A DNA stretch of 64,000 bases from contig CP051526.1 of the NCBI GenBank assembly GCA_050916045.1, positions 768,001 to 832,000 on the forward strand. Direction: 5' to 3'. The notes under the pieces were generated by a model. That model had not been told where the DNA came from. It did no database searches and saw only the letters and a list, made by a program, of their open reading frames with translations. The first letter of the stretch is position 1; every line of letters starts with the position of its first letter. The position numbers and the translations under genes were made by a program. Shown here piece after piece: positions 43,801 to 54,016 of the stretch. The DNA comes from Tepidisphaera sp. (GTDB taxonomy: Bacteria; Planctomycetota; Phycisphaerae; Phycisphaerales; UBA1924).

Positions 43801-44760
43801 GGAGATGTTCTGAAACGGTCCGCCGCGTCGGAAGACACCGGTCCATTTCCGTGCGCCGTCCCCGAGGTCGGCTTTCGTCCAGGCTTTGGAAGCGGCTTCC
43901 AGGCTTTCGGCTTCATCGGCGATACCGGGGGCGCGGAGGCCGAAGCGTGTGATGGTGGCTTCGAGAACTTCCTCGTCGGTGCAGGCGAGGGTGCCGAGGT
44001 TGATGCTCTGGACAGCCAGGAAGGTCCATCCTCCCTGACGCAGGCCGATGCCGCCGTCGGCGGCTCCGTCGAACTCGTCGGGGGCGTCGTCCATCTGGAT
44101 GTTGTCGGGGAGCGTGATGCGGACGCCGAGCTTCTCCGACACGATCGGCGACGCCGCACGCTTGTAGGAGCGTTTGGACTGGCGGGTTTCGTCGAGCAGC
44201 CGCACCCGTGGCAGCACGCGGTTGATCTCGTTGCTGATGAGCAGAGCCTGAGTGCGTCGGCCCTGCACACCGACGCGGTAGCAGATGCCCTTGGACATCC
44301 CGGCCCATCCCTCGAACCGGACGCTTGAGCTCTTGGTCTTGACGTCGATCTTGAACCGGCGTCCGTCGATCCCGGCGACCGTCTCGGGTCTGCTTTCGAC
44401 GAGTTCGAAAGCGGTGGAGTCCTTCGCGATGCTGGAGCAGAGCAGGCGGAGCCACGCTTCGGAGTCGTCCGGCCCGTTGGGTGACAGTTCCTCGGAGCGG
44501 ACGACGAGGAGGAGGTCCCCCGAACGCTTCCACTGGGCGGAGCCGGCGTCGTCGGACTTGGGCGCGACGGTGACGCGGGTCCATCGTCCGGCGGCGAGTT
44601 CGAGGCTGAGGTTGTGCTCGTCGAGGCGGACCCGGTCAAAGTCGCCCGCCGGTGCCTCGGGTGGGGCGATCGCAGGCGGGGCGTCCTGTCCGCGTACCGG
44701 GAGGACGAGCCAGAGGATCGAGATCGCGCACGCGAGAGCCGTCAGCCGCGGAAGGGTCAT
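40894..44760 (-). CDS. secreted TPR + DUF3857 + transglutaminase-like protein
   Basis: Signal peptide, TPR helices, GDCKDH, FDHMVVY, FLDTT (Cys-His-Asp triad). Confidence 0.85.
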   Translation of the reverse strand: MTLPRLTALACAISILWLVLPVRGQDAPPAIAPPEAPAGDFDRVRLDEHNLSLELAAGRWTRVTVAPKSDDAGSAQWKRSGDLLLVVRSEELSPNGPDDSEAWLRLLCSSIAKDSTAFELVESRPETVAGIDGRRFKIDVKTKSSSVRFEGWAGMSKGICYRVGVQGRRTQALLISNEINRVLPRVRLLDETRQSKRSYKRAASPIVSEKLGVRITLPDNIQMDDAPDEFDGAADGGIGLRQGGWTFLAVQSINLGTLACTDEEVLEATITRFGLRAPGIADEAESLEAASKAWTKADLGDGARKWTGVFRRGGPFQNISGTNVVIFRGPIVLFVQAWSVVPEHQQSLTEKLIAGVELLPAPAQFPPQAPASELTSGERIAHGVIIGTIANLRSADDDSQGALPLYLKAVEYIPEDHDLVDGTLELLEELGQYRQAVALLQKVPGPKDAKAAAARMVVEARLRGAAGDAAGAEAAYQRYFATGRRDDEVLSAYLELLSAADRHDDVLKAIDTLAAGDPQTFIGEKAGAIARKGNLDEALAMLKPAAEATPTNWVALWPYIDLLLEFDRFSEAREFSVKMLEREPGSAGLLVRRGRAEMALGWFGQARDSFESALQKLPGNKTIREDLASATRALGQGDRSLIAKGIQPVSIPEDLLKPSSPPPAADSPVLVDVSARAVAFTPGSPLRTSILIRQKAVTRAGVDELSTMSFDFEPARERIAVNTFRVIDPQGKVTEGDPATYYVTDAESGEASDDKTLVLPATGLTAGSTIEVLVTYETLAPMTEIDYGSMWFGSSAPAAVKLLWIETPAPIKDHLIWKLMGDVKVDQRDTGVAFSVSAIPAFRSEPASALRFEWDRFAIYGPTGKSWKAVGLEYLAEIKACLEAPAPTQAVQEAIPAADASLPLAERVHRISAYVQRTLAYRAVTFGPRAYIPRAPDDTLRTKFGDCKDHSVLLHSLLNQAGIKAHLALYSFGLPPLADIPHRNAFDHMVVYVPDLHAPGTQSGGTFLDTTSDDLDAALQGHGSMAPKAALVLDPAEPRLVDVPLRDAPAEGVFISRDVLILADGKARIEERIEIAGRDSVSYRSRLSSMPPDERTNVFADWLGSSGKPAIVSSLRFERLDAIATGARKDDSLIVLVSYEIPGAFRRDGDALAGRVPMAFEHARVPVDAVPGRIAPVRLIRWRFESETRVRCEESLVAASLPGVFESRTAAGDGRVEWTTREAEGASPIPTIVRTLRFEDLPGLHPPQEWNAYSDLSQKVIDTCERDLRFISRSKAPAGAANPAEPAR

Positions 44761-44832
44761 GCCGGATTGTACCGGTGGGGGCGGGGCTTCCGATCCTCTC
44801 CACCGCGGCGTCCGGGCGGAATTGACCGAATG

Positions 44833-44862
44833 AAAACGGGTCCGGGATGCATCCCGGACCCG
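44833..44862 (-). terminator. perfect 26-bp palindrome, probable terminator
   Basis: cgggtccgggatgcatcccggacccg preceded by AAAA. Confidence 0.6.
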
Positions 44863-44891
44863 ATCAGTGGATCTCCAATCCGTCGGGCCGC

Positions 44892-45707
44892 TCAGCAGCC
44901 GGTCTCGAACGCCGTCACGAAGTCGTTGTAATCGAAGAAGTCGACGAAGTCGTCACCGTTGAAGTCCGCCGAGCGGCCGCTCGGGCACGAGCCCGTCTCA
45001 AAGCACGTCACGTAATCGAGGTAGTCAAAGAAGTCCAGGAAGTTGTCACCGTTGAAGTCCGCCGGGCAGCGTTCGATCGTCGTGAGCGTGAGATTGTCGA
45101 TCATCAGGCGCGGCGCGGAGTACCCGTCGCCCCATGTCGCGTACATCTTTAGCGTGTCAAAGCCCACATCGAACGAGACCGCGAGCGTCGCGAATCCGAT
45201 GTTGTCCCGACCGCCGCCGTCAGCGAGGGTGTACGTCGCCGTGTCCACAACCTCCCCGTTCCGCACCGCGTCCAGATGGAAGACGATTCCGCCCCACGGA
45301 CCATTCTCGTAGAACACCATCGACACCTCGGCCGCCGACGCCGGAACATCGAGCGTCATCGTCGCCCGGGCGAAAGCTCCGAGCGAAAGGTTTGGGCCGG
45401 GGACGTACGCCGTGCCGAACGTCAGAGTGTTGGGAGCCGAGCCCCACTGCGGAAAGTCGTCGAAGAGGAACTGCGAGTTCTCGATGATGAAGTTGTTCCC
45501 GATGTCCTCGGGCGTGAAGGTGTCGCCGCCCGGGAAGGACCCGCCCACGTCGTTCACCTCGCTATAGGTGACGCCGTTGTGCGAAAAGACCTGACCGTAG
45601 AAACCCTCGGCCAGACCGTCATAGGTCGAGACGTCCGCCGCGCCTGCGGTAAGGGTGGCCGCGAAAGACCCGGCGAGGAGTCCAGAGAACGCAACAAGAT
45701 TCTTCAT
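44892..45707 (-). CDS. secreted protein with dockerin-like GC tail
   Basis: Signal peptide; CPADFNGDNFLDFFDY...FETGC. Confidence 0.88.
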   Translation of the reverse strand: MKNLVAFSGLLAGSFAATLTAGAADVSTYDGLAEGFYGQVFSHNGVTYSEVNDVGGSFPGGDTFTPEDIGNNFIIENSQFLFDDFPQWGSAPNTLTFGTAYVPGPNLSLGAFARATMTLDVPASAAEVSMVFYENGPWGGIVFHLDAVRNGEVVDTATYTLADGGGRDNIGFATLAVSFDVGFDTLKMYATWGDGYSAPRLMIDNLTLTTIERCPADFNGDNFLDFFDYLDYVTCFETGSCPSGRSADFNGDDFVDFFDYNDFVTAFETGC

Positions 45708-45858
45708 CGACTTGGTCCTTTGTCCCACGAACGAACACGGGTTGAAAGAACGAACTGCTGCATCGTTCCGCGATGAATCGCACCGAACAAGTCATCACGC
45801 AACGCAAAAGAACTTACTCGGGGATTCCGCACCCCAAAGCGGAGCGGACGCCACCTGT

Positions 45859-46962
45859 TCAGCAGCCTGTTTCGAACAGCTCCACGAACGCGTCGTAGTC
45901 GTAGAAGTCCACGAATCCGTCGCCGTTGAAGTCTGGGTCGCGGCCGGGAGGGCACGGCAGGCCCTCGAAGCACTCGACGTACGCGTCGTAGTCGAAGAAA
46001 TCGATGAACCCGTCGAAGTTGAAGTCCGCGACACAGCCCGGCGCGGTGTACGTTCCAAACCCGCCCATGCTCGGCGTGGCGATCGTGCTCTGGAGCGACC
46101 AGGAAGACTGGTCGGTCGTGCGGTACCGGCTGATGCCTCCCTGAAAGTGGCTTCCGACGTACATCTCGGTGTAGTCGGGGCTGAATGCAAGATCGATCGG
46201 GGAGGGCGAACTGATCGTCTGATCGAGCGTGAGGCCGCCCTCGGAACCCAGACGGAACCGGAAGACGGTGTTCGCGTTGATGTCGCCGACGTACACATGC
46301 CGGGCGTCGGGCGCGACGCAGAAGAAGTGCAGATTCGAGCCGCCCGGCACGACCATCGAGGGAAGCTCGGCCACGCCGCTTTCGCCGGTCAACTGGAACG
46401 TGTAAATTCGGTTGCTGAACTGTGTCAGGTACAGGAAATCGCCGTTGGGGTGCACGCTGACGCCGCGGATCCCGCGGCCGCGGGCGAAAGCCCCCATGAA
46501 CACCGGCTGTCCGTTCGCGTCAAATCGGAAGCGGAAGACGCCGTCGAAGACCGTCGCGACAAAGAGCTGATCGCGCGTCGCGTCGTACGCGATCTCGTGC
46601 ACGCCCACCATCCCGGGCGCGGTGAAGTTCTGCACGAACGTCGTCGTCGAACCGTCCGGCGAGAGCGTGAACCGCGAGATGCTCCCCAGACCCAGAATGT
46701 TGCCGTGCCGGTTGCCCACAAACAGGTCCGAAGCCGAGCGGAACGCGATACCGGCCGGATCGAACACCTCGCTTGTGGGAATGCTCGGAAGCCCGAAGGT
46801 GCTGCCGCCCGGGCCGTTCACGCCCACGCGGAGCGTCGGCTGCCAGTTCGCCGGGTTGCTGCTGGAGCCGGGCGGCGAGACCGTGACGATCAACTGGAAC
46901 GGCTGTGCGATCGCCGCGGAACCGGCACCGAGAGCCACCAATGCAACAACGCTCTTCAACAT
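45859..46962 (-). CDS. secreted beta-propeller (lactonase-like) protein with dockerin-like GC tail
   Basis: GGAGGAGG RBS, signal peptide, P.G/SPD propeller repeats, tail ...FETGC. Confidence 0.85.
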   Translation of the reverse strand: MLKSVVALVALGAGSAAIAQPFQLIVTVSPPGSSSNPANWQPTLRVGVNGPGGSTFGLPSIPTSEVFDPAGIAFRSASDLFVGNRHGNILGLGSISRFTLSPDGSTTTFVQNFTAPGMVGVHEIAYDATRDQLFVATVFDGVFRFRFDANGQPVFMGAFARGRGIRGVSVHPNGDFLYLTQFSNRIYTFQLTGESGVAELPSMVVPGGSNLHFFCVAPDARHVYVGDINANTVFRFRLGSEGGLTLDQTISSPSPIDLAFSPDYTEMYVGSHFQGGISRYRTTDQSSWSLQSTIATPSMGGFGTYTAPGCVADFNFDGFIDFFDYDAYVECFEGLPCPPGRDPDFNGDGFVDFYDYDAFVELFETGC

Positions 46963-47132
46963 GGAATCCTCCTCCGCCGGCTCCGTGTGGGGCAATCGAC
47001 CCATGATTCTACCGCGACCAGCGTCGGGCCACCCCCTCGGATCTCCGATGGCAGGTCCGAAATCCGTTATGAGACGCAGGATGCTCGTCGAGGATCACTG
47101 CTGCCCTAAGCGGACGGAGATGCCCACGCAGC

Positions 47133-47160
47133 AAAGCCCCGGCTGATGGGCCGAGGCTTT
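47133..47160. terminator. probable intrinsic terminator
   Basis: aaagccccggc...gccgaggcttt imperfect stem. Confidence 0.55.
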
Positions 47161-47187
47161 CCTTGCTTGGAACCGTTCTGACGTGGA

Positions 47188-50100
47188 TCAGCACCCGCTC
47201 TCGAACGCCTGAACGAACGCGTCATAGTCGAAGAAGTCCACGAACCCGTCGCGGTTGAAGTCCGCGCTCGTCCCCTCGGGGCAGTTGCCGGTCTCGAAGC
47301 AGTTCACGTAGTCGTCGTAGTCGAAGAAGTCCGGGAACCCGTCGCCGTTGTAGTCGCTCGGGACGTACGAGATCACCACGCTCGTCGGGTTGTAGATCAC
47401 CGAGATGAACCCGAGCTCGACGGGCGGAGTGTTGACGGTCGCGAAGCGGCCCGTGATCGAGGAGCCCGTCATGATGGTGATGGTCTGGCACTGGCCGAGC
47501 TGGAACCCGGGCCGGTAGGAGAGGTTGAGCGTTCCGCCAAGCACCTTGGCGCCCGCGCCCCCGACCATATCCGATTGGCCGGCGGCGGTGCCGCCGAGTT
47601 CGATATCGAGCGAGCCCTCGGCCGCCTGCGTGTACGTGCCGGTTGCCTGCGCGAGCATGCCGACCGTGTTGTTCCCCGGGCTGAGGATGCCCCGGTTGGT
47701 GATGTTTCCGTAGATGTTGCCCGTGCCCGCGACGGTGTGACCGGCGGCGTTGGTCGCGCTCCCGGAGGGCACGAACAGGTACGCGCGGTCCAGCACCCCC
47801 AAGGTCGCATTCAGGACTGTTCTTCCCATCCCGCCGAGCGTCGTGCCGTTCGCGAATGAGATGATGGTCGCGCTTCCGCCTGAGTTCGCGTTGACCGTCA
47901 GAACGCCATTGTTCAGCACGTTCCCGCTCACGCTGAGCTGGGTGTTGTTGTCGACATCGAACCGTCCGATGATCGTGGCCCCGCTCAGCGTGTTCACGCC
48001 GCTCACGGAGGCGACGCGGCTGCCCCCGAGGCCCGAGACGGTTCCGCCCTGGATGGTGGAGCTTGTGAGCACGACGTTGCCGCCGGAGGCGATCACGCGT
48101 CCGTTCGCGGACTGCGCGACGGTCCTCGTGGAAAGGGCGATGTCGCCCGCGACGGCTTCGATGAGCGCGTTGTTGGTGACGGTTCCCGAGGTGAGGAGCA
48201 GGGTCCTGCCCGTCAGGTTCGCGCGGACCGTCCCGTCGTTGACGAAGTTGTAGTAGATCGCGCCGCTCCCCGAGATCGTGTGCGAGGAGCCGTTGGTGAA
48301 TCCCGCGGTCCCGTTGGGAGCGTAAAGCTGCGCCCGGTCCAGCACGTTGCTCGTCGCGTTCATCGCGATCGTCCCGTTGCCCGAGAAGACCGCTCCGCTC
48401 GCGGGCTGAATCGAGGTGACGCTCCCGCCCCCGTTTGAGTTCACCGTGATCGTGCTCTGGTTGCTGAGTCCGGTCGGCACCGCGACGGAAGAGCCGTTCA
48501 CGATGTCGAGCGGCCCGAGGACGTTGATGGCGTCAACGGTGTTCGCTCCTGCGGCCGCGACGATCCTGCCGCCCCCGCTCGCGAGGGCGGTCCCGTTCCG
48601 AAGGATGGCCGTCGAAAGCACGATGTTCCCGCCGACGCCCGCGGTCACCTGGCCCCCGGCGGTCTGATTCACTGTGTGGCTTGTGAAGTAGACGTCGCCC
48701 GCGACGGCTTCGATCAGGCCGCTATTGGTCGTCGTGCCGCCCGTGAACTGCAGGATCTGCCCTGTCAGTCCCGAACGGATCGTGCCGTTGTTCGTCGAGT
48801 TGTAGTAGATGTTGCCGGATCCGCGGATCAGGTGCCCCGCCGCGTTGATGAACCCCGCCGAGCCGGGGGGAGCGTAAAGCTGAGCACGATCAAGTACGTT
48901 CGAAGTCGCGTTGAGAAGGATTTCTCCGCTTCCCGAGAACGTGGCGCCCGACGTGGGGCGGAGCGACGTCGCGTTTCCACCCGCCGTCGAGTTCACCGTC
49001 AGCGTCCCCGTGTGCGTCAGGGAGCCCGCCACCACGAGGGAGGTGTTGTTCTGCACGTCGAGCGGGCCGTTGACGGTCACCGTGCTGAGGGTCTGCGTGC
49101 CGCTTGCCCCGATGATGCGGCTCGGAAGCGTCGCGTTCATCGTCCCGCCCGCGACCGAGACGTTCGTCAGCACCACGTTGCCGCCCCCGGTCGCGCGGAT
49201 CAGCCCGCCCGGGGTCTGGTTCACCGTCGCGGAGGTGAGCGCGAGGTTGCCGCCATCGGAGGCTTCGATCGTGCCCGAGTTGGTGATCACGCCGTCGCGC
49301 ATCTGCAGCGTGTCGCCGGCAGAATCACTGCGGACCGTTCCGCCGTTGTTGAGCCGGTAGTAGACGTTGCCGCGCCCGCGGATCGTGTGCCCGAGGCTGT
49401 TGGTGACCCCCGAGGGGCCGTTGGGCGAAGAGATGTACGCGCGGTCAAGGACGTTCGACGTCGCGTTGAGGACGATCTCTCCCGTTCCGGTGATGGCCTG
49501 GCCGTCGGCGAAGCTGAGATTGGTCAGACTGCCGCCGGCGTTTGAGTTCACCGTGATCGTGCCGTTGTTGGCGATGCCGGTCGGGAGAGAGAGCGTGTTG
49601 TTGTTCTGGACCGTCATCGGGCCGGTGAGGGCGACGCCGTTCAGGGTCGCGCTCCCGCCCGTCACGTTGATCACGCCGCCGTTGAGCGCGCTCATCGTGC
49701 CGCTGATGATGTTCGTTCCCGCGATGAGGTTCACGGTTCCGCCGTCGGCCTGGATGACGCCTCCGCCGGACTGGTTGATCGATCCGCCGCTGATCTGCAG
49801 GATCGCGCCGTTGGTCGCTCGCATGAAGTTGTTGTTGACCTTCGCGCCGCTGAGCGTCTGCAGCACCTCGCCGGTCTCATCCGCGACGATGAACCCGTTG
49901 TTGGTCATCGCGTTGTAGATGTTCCCGCGGCCGCGGATCGTGTGGCCGCCGCCATTGGAGAATCCGCCGTTGCTCGTCAGGTACGCGCGATCGAGCACGC
50001 CGCTGGTTCCGTTCAGCCGGATCGCCCCCGCCCCCGAGAGCGTCGCGCCGCCGGTGAAGTTGATGAATGTCGCGTTCCCGCCGCCGTTGGCGTTCACCAC

Positions 50101-50405
50101 CACCACGCCCTGATTGGAGAAGGACGCCCCGGCGATGTTGAGCGCCGCGGTGTTGTTGATGTTGAGCGTGGTCCCGCTCACGCCGAGAAAGTCCCCGATC
50201 GTGACCCCCGTCGTCAGGTTGACCGCGTACGGCGTGCTGAGGTTCACCAGCGCCGCCGATTCGCCCACCGTGTCCGGAATGTTGTTACTCAGCCAGTTGG
50301 AGGCGACATGCCAAGTCCCCCCGACGGGTTGTTCCATTGCTGGACCTGCCCCAGAGCGCCTCCCGCCGTACCCGCCGCAAGCATCAAAGCCAGTCCACGC
50401 TTCAT
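47188..50405 (-). CDS. large Gly/Asn/Thr-rich beta-helix (autotransporter passenger-like) surface protein with dockerin-like GC tail; frameshifted near 5' end
   Basis: Five long repeats containing LNATSNVLDRA-like motifs; GGAGG RBS and signal peptide MKRGLALMLAAG at 50405 lie in a different frame from the body; the junction is the C6 run at 50317-50322. Confidence 0.8.
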
Positions 50406-50593
50406 GTCCGCCTCCTGTTGGATCCCACACGAGAAGGGATTATAACGTCGGGGCAGTGCATTCTGTATGAAATTGTGTAAAGAGCGCCCGCCGGATGATG
50501 AATTCGCCCAGACTCGGTCGTGGCAGAGCGTGAATGCCGGGTGTTTCATCGGGCGGATCGACCCGCCGGATCCCCGCGGGTCCGATATCAGCG

Positions 50594-50624
50594 AAAAGAG
50601 CCCCGGCACGACGGCCGGGGCTCT
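50594..50624 (-). terminator. intrinsic terminator
   Basis: agagccccggc/gccggggctct stem with A-run. Confidence 0.7.
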
Positions 50625-50644
50625 CTCTGGCAGCTTGTGAGGAC

Positions 50645-52441
50645 TTAGCAACCTTCTTCGAACGCCTGCACGAAAGCGTCATAGTCGAAGAAGTCCACGA
50701 ACGCGTCGCTTGTGAAGTCGGCGGTCTTGCCCGCAGGGCACGTCCCGGTCTCGAAGCAGTTCACGTAATCGTCGTAGTCGAAGAAGTCCAGGAAGCCATC
50801 CCCGTTGAAGTCCGCCGGGCAGTCGTACGAGACGGTCAGGACGAACCCGCCGTTCGCGCCGTTGTACCCGGAGCAGCGGATCCAGTACGTGGTGCCGGGC
50901 ACGGTGTCGAACTCGATGCGCGAGTCCCGGATGCCGCCGGCCATGTCGTCGTTGCAGACGATGGCGAAGGAGTCCCAGCCGCGCGGCTCCTGATCGTGAG
51001 CCGAGAGCACACAGTCGTACTCGCCGTCGAGCAGAGCAGTCACGCGGCTTGCGCGGTCGGCGGTGAACTTGTACCAGACGTCCGGAGTTTCCTTGGACGA
51101 GCCACAGATGTCCGCGCCCATGTTCTGGGAGTTGGAGGTCGCGAAGGTCGTGCAGCCGGTCACGCTCGCGGGAAGTGCGAGTTCAGGAGCGTCGTCGAAG
51201 GTGTCCGCGGCGGACTGCGCCGTCGCCGCGAACACCGTCACGCCGCCCGTCTGTCCGTCGGCTCCCGCCACGCGGCGAGCGTCGCCGACGATCACGTCCC
51301 GCTCGTGAAGGGCGAGTCCGGTTCCGAAGAACGCCGAGCCGGACGCGGCTTGGGGCCGGATCACGCGGCCGTTGTCAAGATCAAACGCCGAAGCGCTCTC
51401 GGGAATCGTGAACTCGACGACTCGGCCGCCGCTGGCGGAGGCTCCGACGACGTGACTGCCCGCGATTGCAACCTCGGTGCCGAACCTCTCGTTGGCGGAA
51501 GCGGGGTAGGGTGAGCCGCTCGTCCAGTAGGTCAGCGAGTTGTTGGCTTCCCGCTTGGCCACCGCGATCGAGCCGGAGTTGTCCGCACCCCAGCCCCAAG
51601 CGCCGGGCACGCCGAAAGCGATCCACTGGCCGTCGATCGCGACCGACTTGCCCACCTCGAGGCCCGGACCCCAGCCCTGCGAGACCTTGCCGCCCTGCGG
51701 AAGAGCGTAACTGCCGCCGCTGGGAACAAAGAGGAAGCACGCGCCATTGCCGGGAATCGTGTCGTTGCCGACGGTCCAGTCAAAGCCCGGAGCGCCGACG
51801 ACCAGAGCCCCGTCGCTTCCGAGCGCGACGTCGTAGCCGAAGTTGTCCCCCGCGCTGGAGTCGAACGTCGGGTTCACGATGCTCACGTGGAACTGCCAGA
51901 CCCCGTTGACCTTGCGGTACATGTACACCCCGCCCATCTCCTGACGATTGGCGTCGGGGCTGTGGTTCGGGGCGCCCACCGCGATGCGGCTGCCGTTCAC
52001 ATCGACCGAGAAACCGAAGCTGCTGGGGTAACCGCCGGGGGGCGCGGGGAGCACGCCGCCCGGGTACCAGAATCCGTCCGCCCGACGCTCCATGATGAAG
52101 ACCGTGTCGTTCTCGGCGGAAATCACCATCGGGATGCCGTCGGTCGCGACCGCGTGCCCGAAGAAGTTGTATCCGGTCGTGGGAGCCTGGAAGCGGCTGT
52201 AATACTGCCACTGCTGGCCGACCTTCTGCCAGACATAGACCGAGCCGGCCGACGGGCCCCGCATGTTGTCGTCCTGGTGCGCGCCGATCGCAAGCCAGTT
52301 GTTCTTCGCCGAGACCGCGTACCCGAACGAGTCGAACTCCTGCCGGTCCGGAGCCAGAAGCAACTGCGAATCGCACTGACCAAACGCCGTGCCGCTCACG
52401 GCAATCAGGGAAAGCACAGTCAAAGCGGGCGAGATCTTCAT
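50645..52441 (-). CDS. secreted FG-GAP repeat protein with dockerin-like GC tail
   Basis: FGYAVS..IGA, FGFSVD..VGAP, FGYDVAL..VGAP repeats; DVWYKFT domain; tail ...FEEGC. Confidence 0.9.
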   Translation of the reverse strand: MKISPALTVLSLIAVSGTAFGQCDSQLLLAPDRQEFDSFGYAVSAKNNWLAIGAHQDDNMRGPSAGSVYVWQKVGQQWQYYSRFQAPTTGYNFFGHAVATDGIPMVISAENDTVFIMERRADGFWYPGGVLPAPPGGYPSSFGFSVDVNGSRIAVGAPNHSPDANRQEMGGVYMYRKVNGVWQFHVSIVNPTFDSSAGDNFGYDVALGSDGALVVGAPGFDWTVGNDTIPGNGACFLFVPSGGSYALPQGGKVSQGWGPGLEVGKSVAIDGQWIAFGVPGAWGWGADNSGSIAVAKREANNSLTYWTSGSPYPASANERFGTEVAIAGSHVVGASASGGRVVEFTIPESASAFDLDNGRVIRPQAASGSAFFGTGLALHERDVIVGDARRVAGADGQTGGVTVFAATAQSAADTFDDAPELALPASVTGCTTFATSNSQNMGADICGSSKETPDVWYKFTADRASRVTALLDGEYDCVLSAHDQEPRGWDSFAIVCNDDMAGGIRDSRIEFDTVPGTTYWIRCSGYNGANGGFVLTVSYDCPADFNGDGFLDFFDYDDYVNCFETGTCPAGKTADFTSDAFVDFFDYDAFVQAFEEGC

Positions 52442-52584
52442 GATCGAACTCCATCGAGGGTGAATCGGGCGCGGCATCGCCGTCGGGCACATCGCCCGCC
52501 AAGCTCACGCACGCCGTTTAAGAGCCCGCATGTTCACGCGGGCACCCTCAATGCGACTGGACCACGTCCGGAGGCTAATCGCCG

Positions 52585-53700
52585 TCAGCAGCCCGTCTCG
52601 ATCAGGAAGACGAATCGGTCGTAATCAAAGAAGTCCAGGAACCCGTCCCGGTTGACGTCCGCGCGGGGAAGTCCGCGTTCGTAGGATTCGACATACAGGT
52701 CGTAGTCGAAGAAATCCACGAATCCGTCGCGGTTAAAGTCCGCAGCGCACGGCGGAATCGGGTCTAGGACCCGGTCGAAGAACTCGATCGCCGCCGTGTT
52801 CTCCGTCCCCGGCAGTCCGTGTCCCGCGCCGGGGACAAGCCTCAGCTCCGAGGGGACGCCCGCGGCTTGGAGAGCCGCGTGAAGGAGTTCGCTGTGCTCC
52901 GGCGGCACGGTCGTATCTTCCGTCCCGTGCGCGATATGGAACGCCGGGTCGTCCGTCGAAACGTGAGTCACGGGCCCGGCCAAGCGGGCCAGAGCGACCT
53001 TCTCCGGCCATGGCGGCGACGGATTGTCGATGTTCTCCTGGATATCGCCCAGACACGCCCCGAGCAGGCGGGCTTCGGCTGTTTCGGGCACGCACGGGGT
53101 ATGCCAGCCTTCAACGTTCAGGAAATCAGCCGGACCGAAGAAGTCCGCGACCGCGTTCACCCGGCTTGATTGGGCAAGGTTCCCGCCGACCGTCCCTTCC
53201 GCGTCCGCCACACCCGCCGAGGTGCCAAGCAACGCGACAAGGTGTCCGCCCGCCGACGAGCCCCAGACGCCGACCCGACGCGTGTCGATCTGGAACTGGC
53301 CGGCTCTCGAACGCAGGAACCTGATCGCTCCCTTGCAGTCGTGGATCTGGGCAGGAAAGATCGCATCCTGGCTGTACCGATAGTTGATGGAAGCCACCAC
53401 GAACCCTCGGTTGAGAAGCTCGCTGACCTTGTTCCCGTTCGTCGCCGTGGCTTTGTCGCCGCCGGTCCAGCCGCCGCCGTGGATCCAGACGACGACCGGC
53501 TTGGGACCCGCCGGTGCTGCGGGAACCCACACGTCAAGCACCTGCCGGGGGTGCTCGGTCGCGTAGGGCACATCGCGGAACGTGGGTGTCTGACCCCACG
53601 CAGGAGCCGCGAAGGCGGAAAGGGCGAGCAAGGTGCCCCCCACGGTGAACGGACACGCGACCAAACCGTGATTCTTCGTAGCGGTGTGCTTCTGGTGCAT
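52585..53700 (-). CDS. secreted alpha/beta hydrolase (esterase/lipase) with dockerin-like GC tail
   Basis: IHGGGW, GSSAGG, HGTED, GAGHG; tail ...IETGC. Confidence 0.92.
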   Translation of the reverse strand: MHQKHTATKNHGLVACPFTVGGTLLALSAFAAPAWGQTPTFRDVPYATEHPRQVLDVWVPAAPAGPKPVVVWIHGGGWTGGDKATATNGNKVSELLNRGFVVASINYRYSQDAIFPAQIHDCKGAIRFLRSRAGQFQIDTRRVGVWGSSAGGHLVALLGTSAGVADAEGTVGGNLAQSSRVNAVADFFGPADFLNVEGWHTPCVPETAEARLLGACLGDIQENIDNPSPPWPEKVALARLAGPVTHVSTDDPAFHIAHGTEDTTVPPEHSELLHAALQAAGVPSELRLVPGAGHGLPGTENTAAIEFFDRVLDPIPPCAADFNRDGFVDFFDYDLYVESYERGLPRADVNRDGFLDFFDYDRFVFLIETGC

Positions 53701-54016
53701 CGGGATCCTCCGATCGCGGAACGCCCAACCCTCTCCCGCAATGCAAGGCCGGAGGCGCTTTCCAATCGCCCGCGGGAGCCTGGTCCGGCCGGGGTGCCCA
53801 TTCCTGCAGCTCCAAGCCCAAGCCCTCCGAAGCCCTGCCGTGGTTCCGGCCCGGCCCCCACCCGCACAGCACCCGCCCGAACCCCCCGACCGCACGCCTT
53901 TGCCGTCCGGATCTGCTAACCTACGGACCCGTCGGATCCTCGGGACGGACGGTCGTCGCAGGGGATTCGGTTTGGGGGAGCTCGCCTCCGGATACGCAAC
54001 CACAAAGGTGAACAGA

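Noticed and set aside
44892..53700. Diversity-generating retroelement explanation for the similar C-terminal tails
   Set aside because: No reverse transcriptase or non-coding template repeat is seen, and differences between tails are not adenine-specific.
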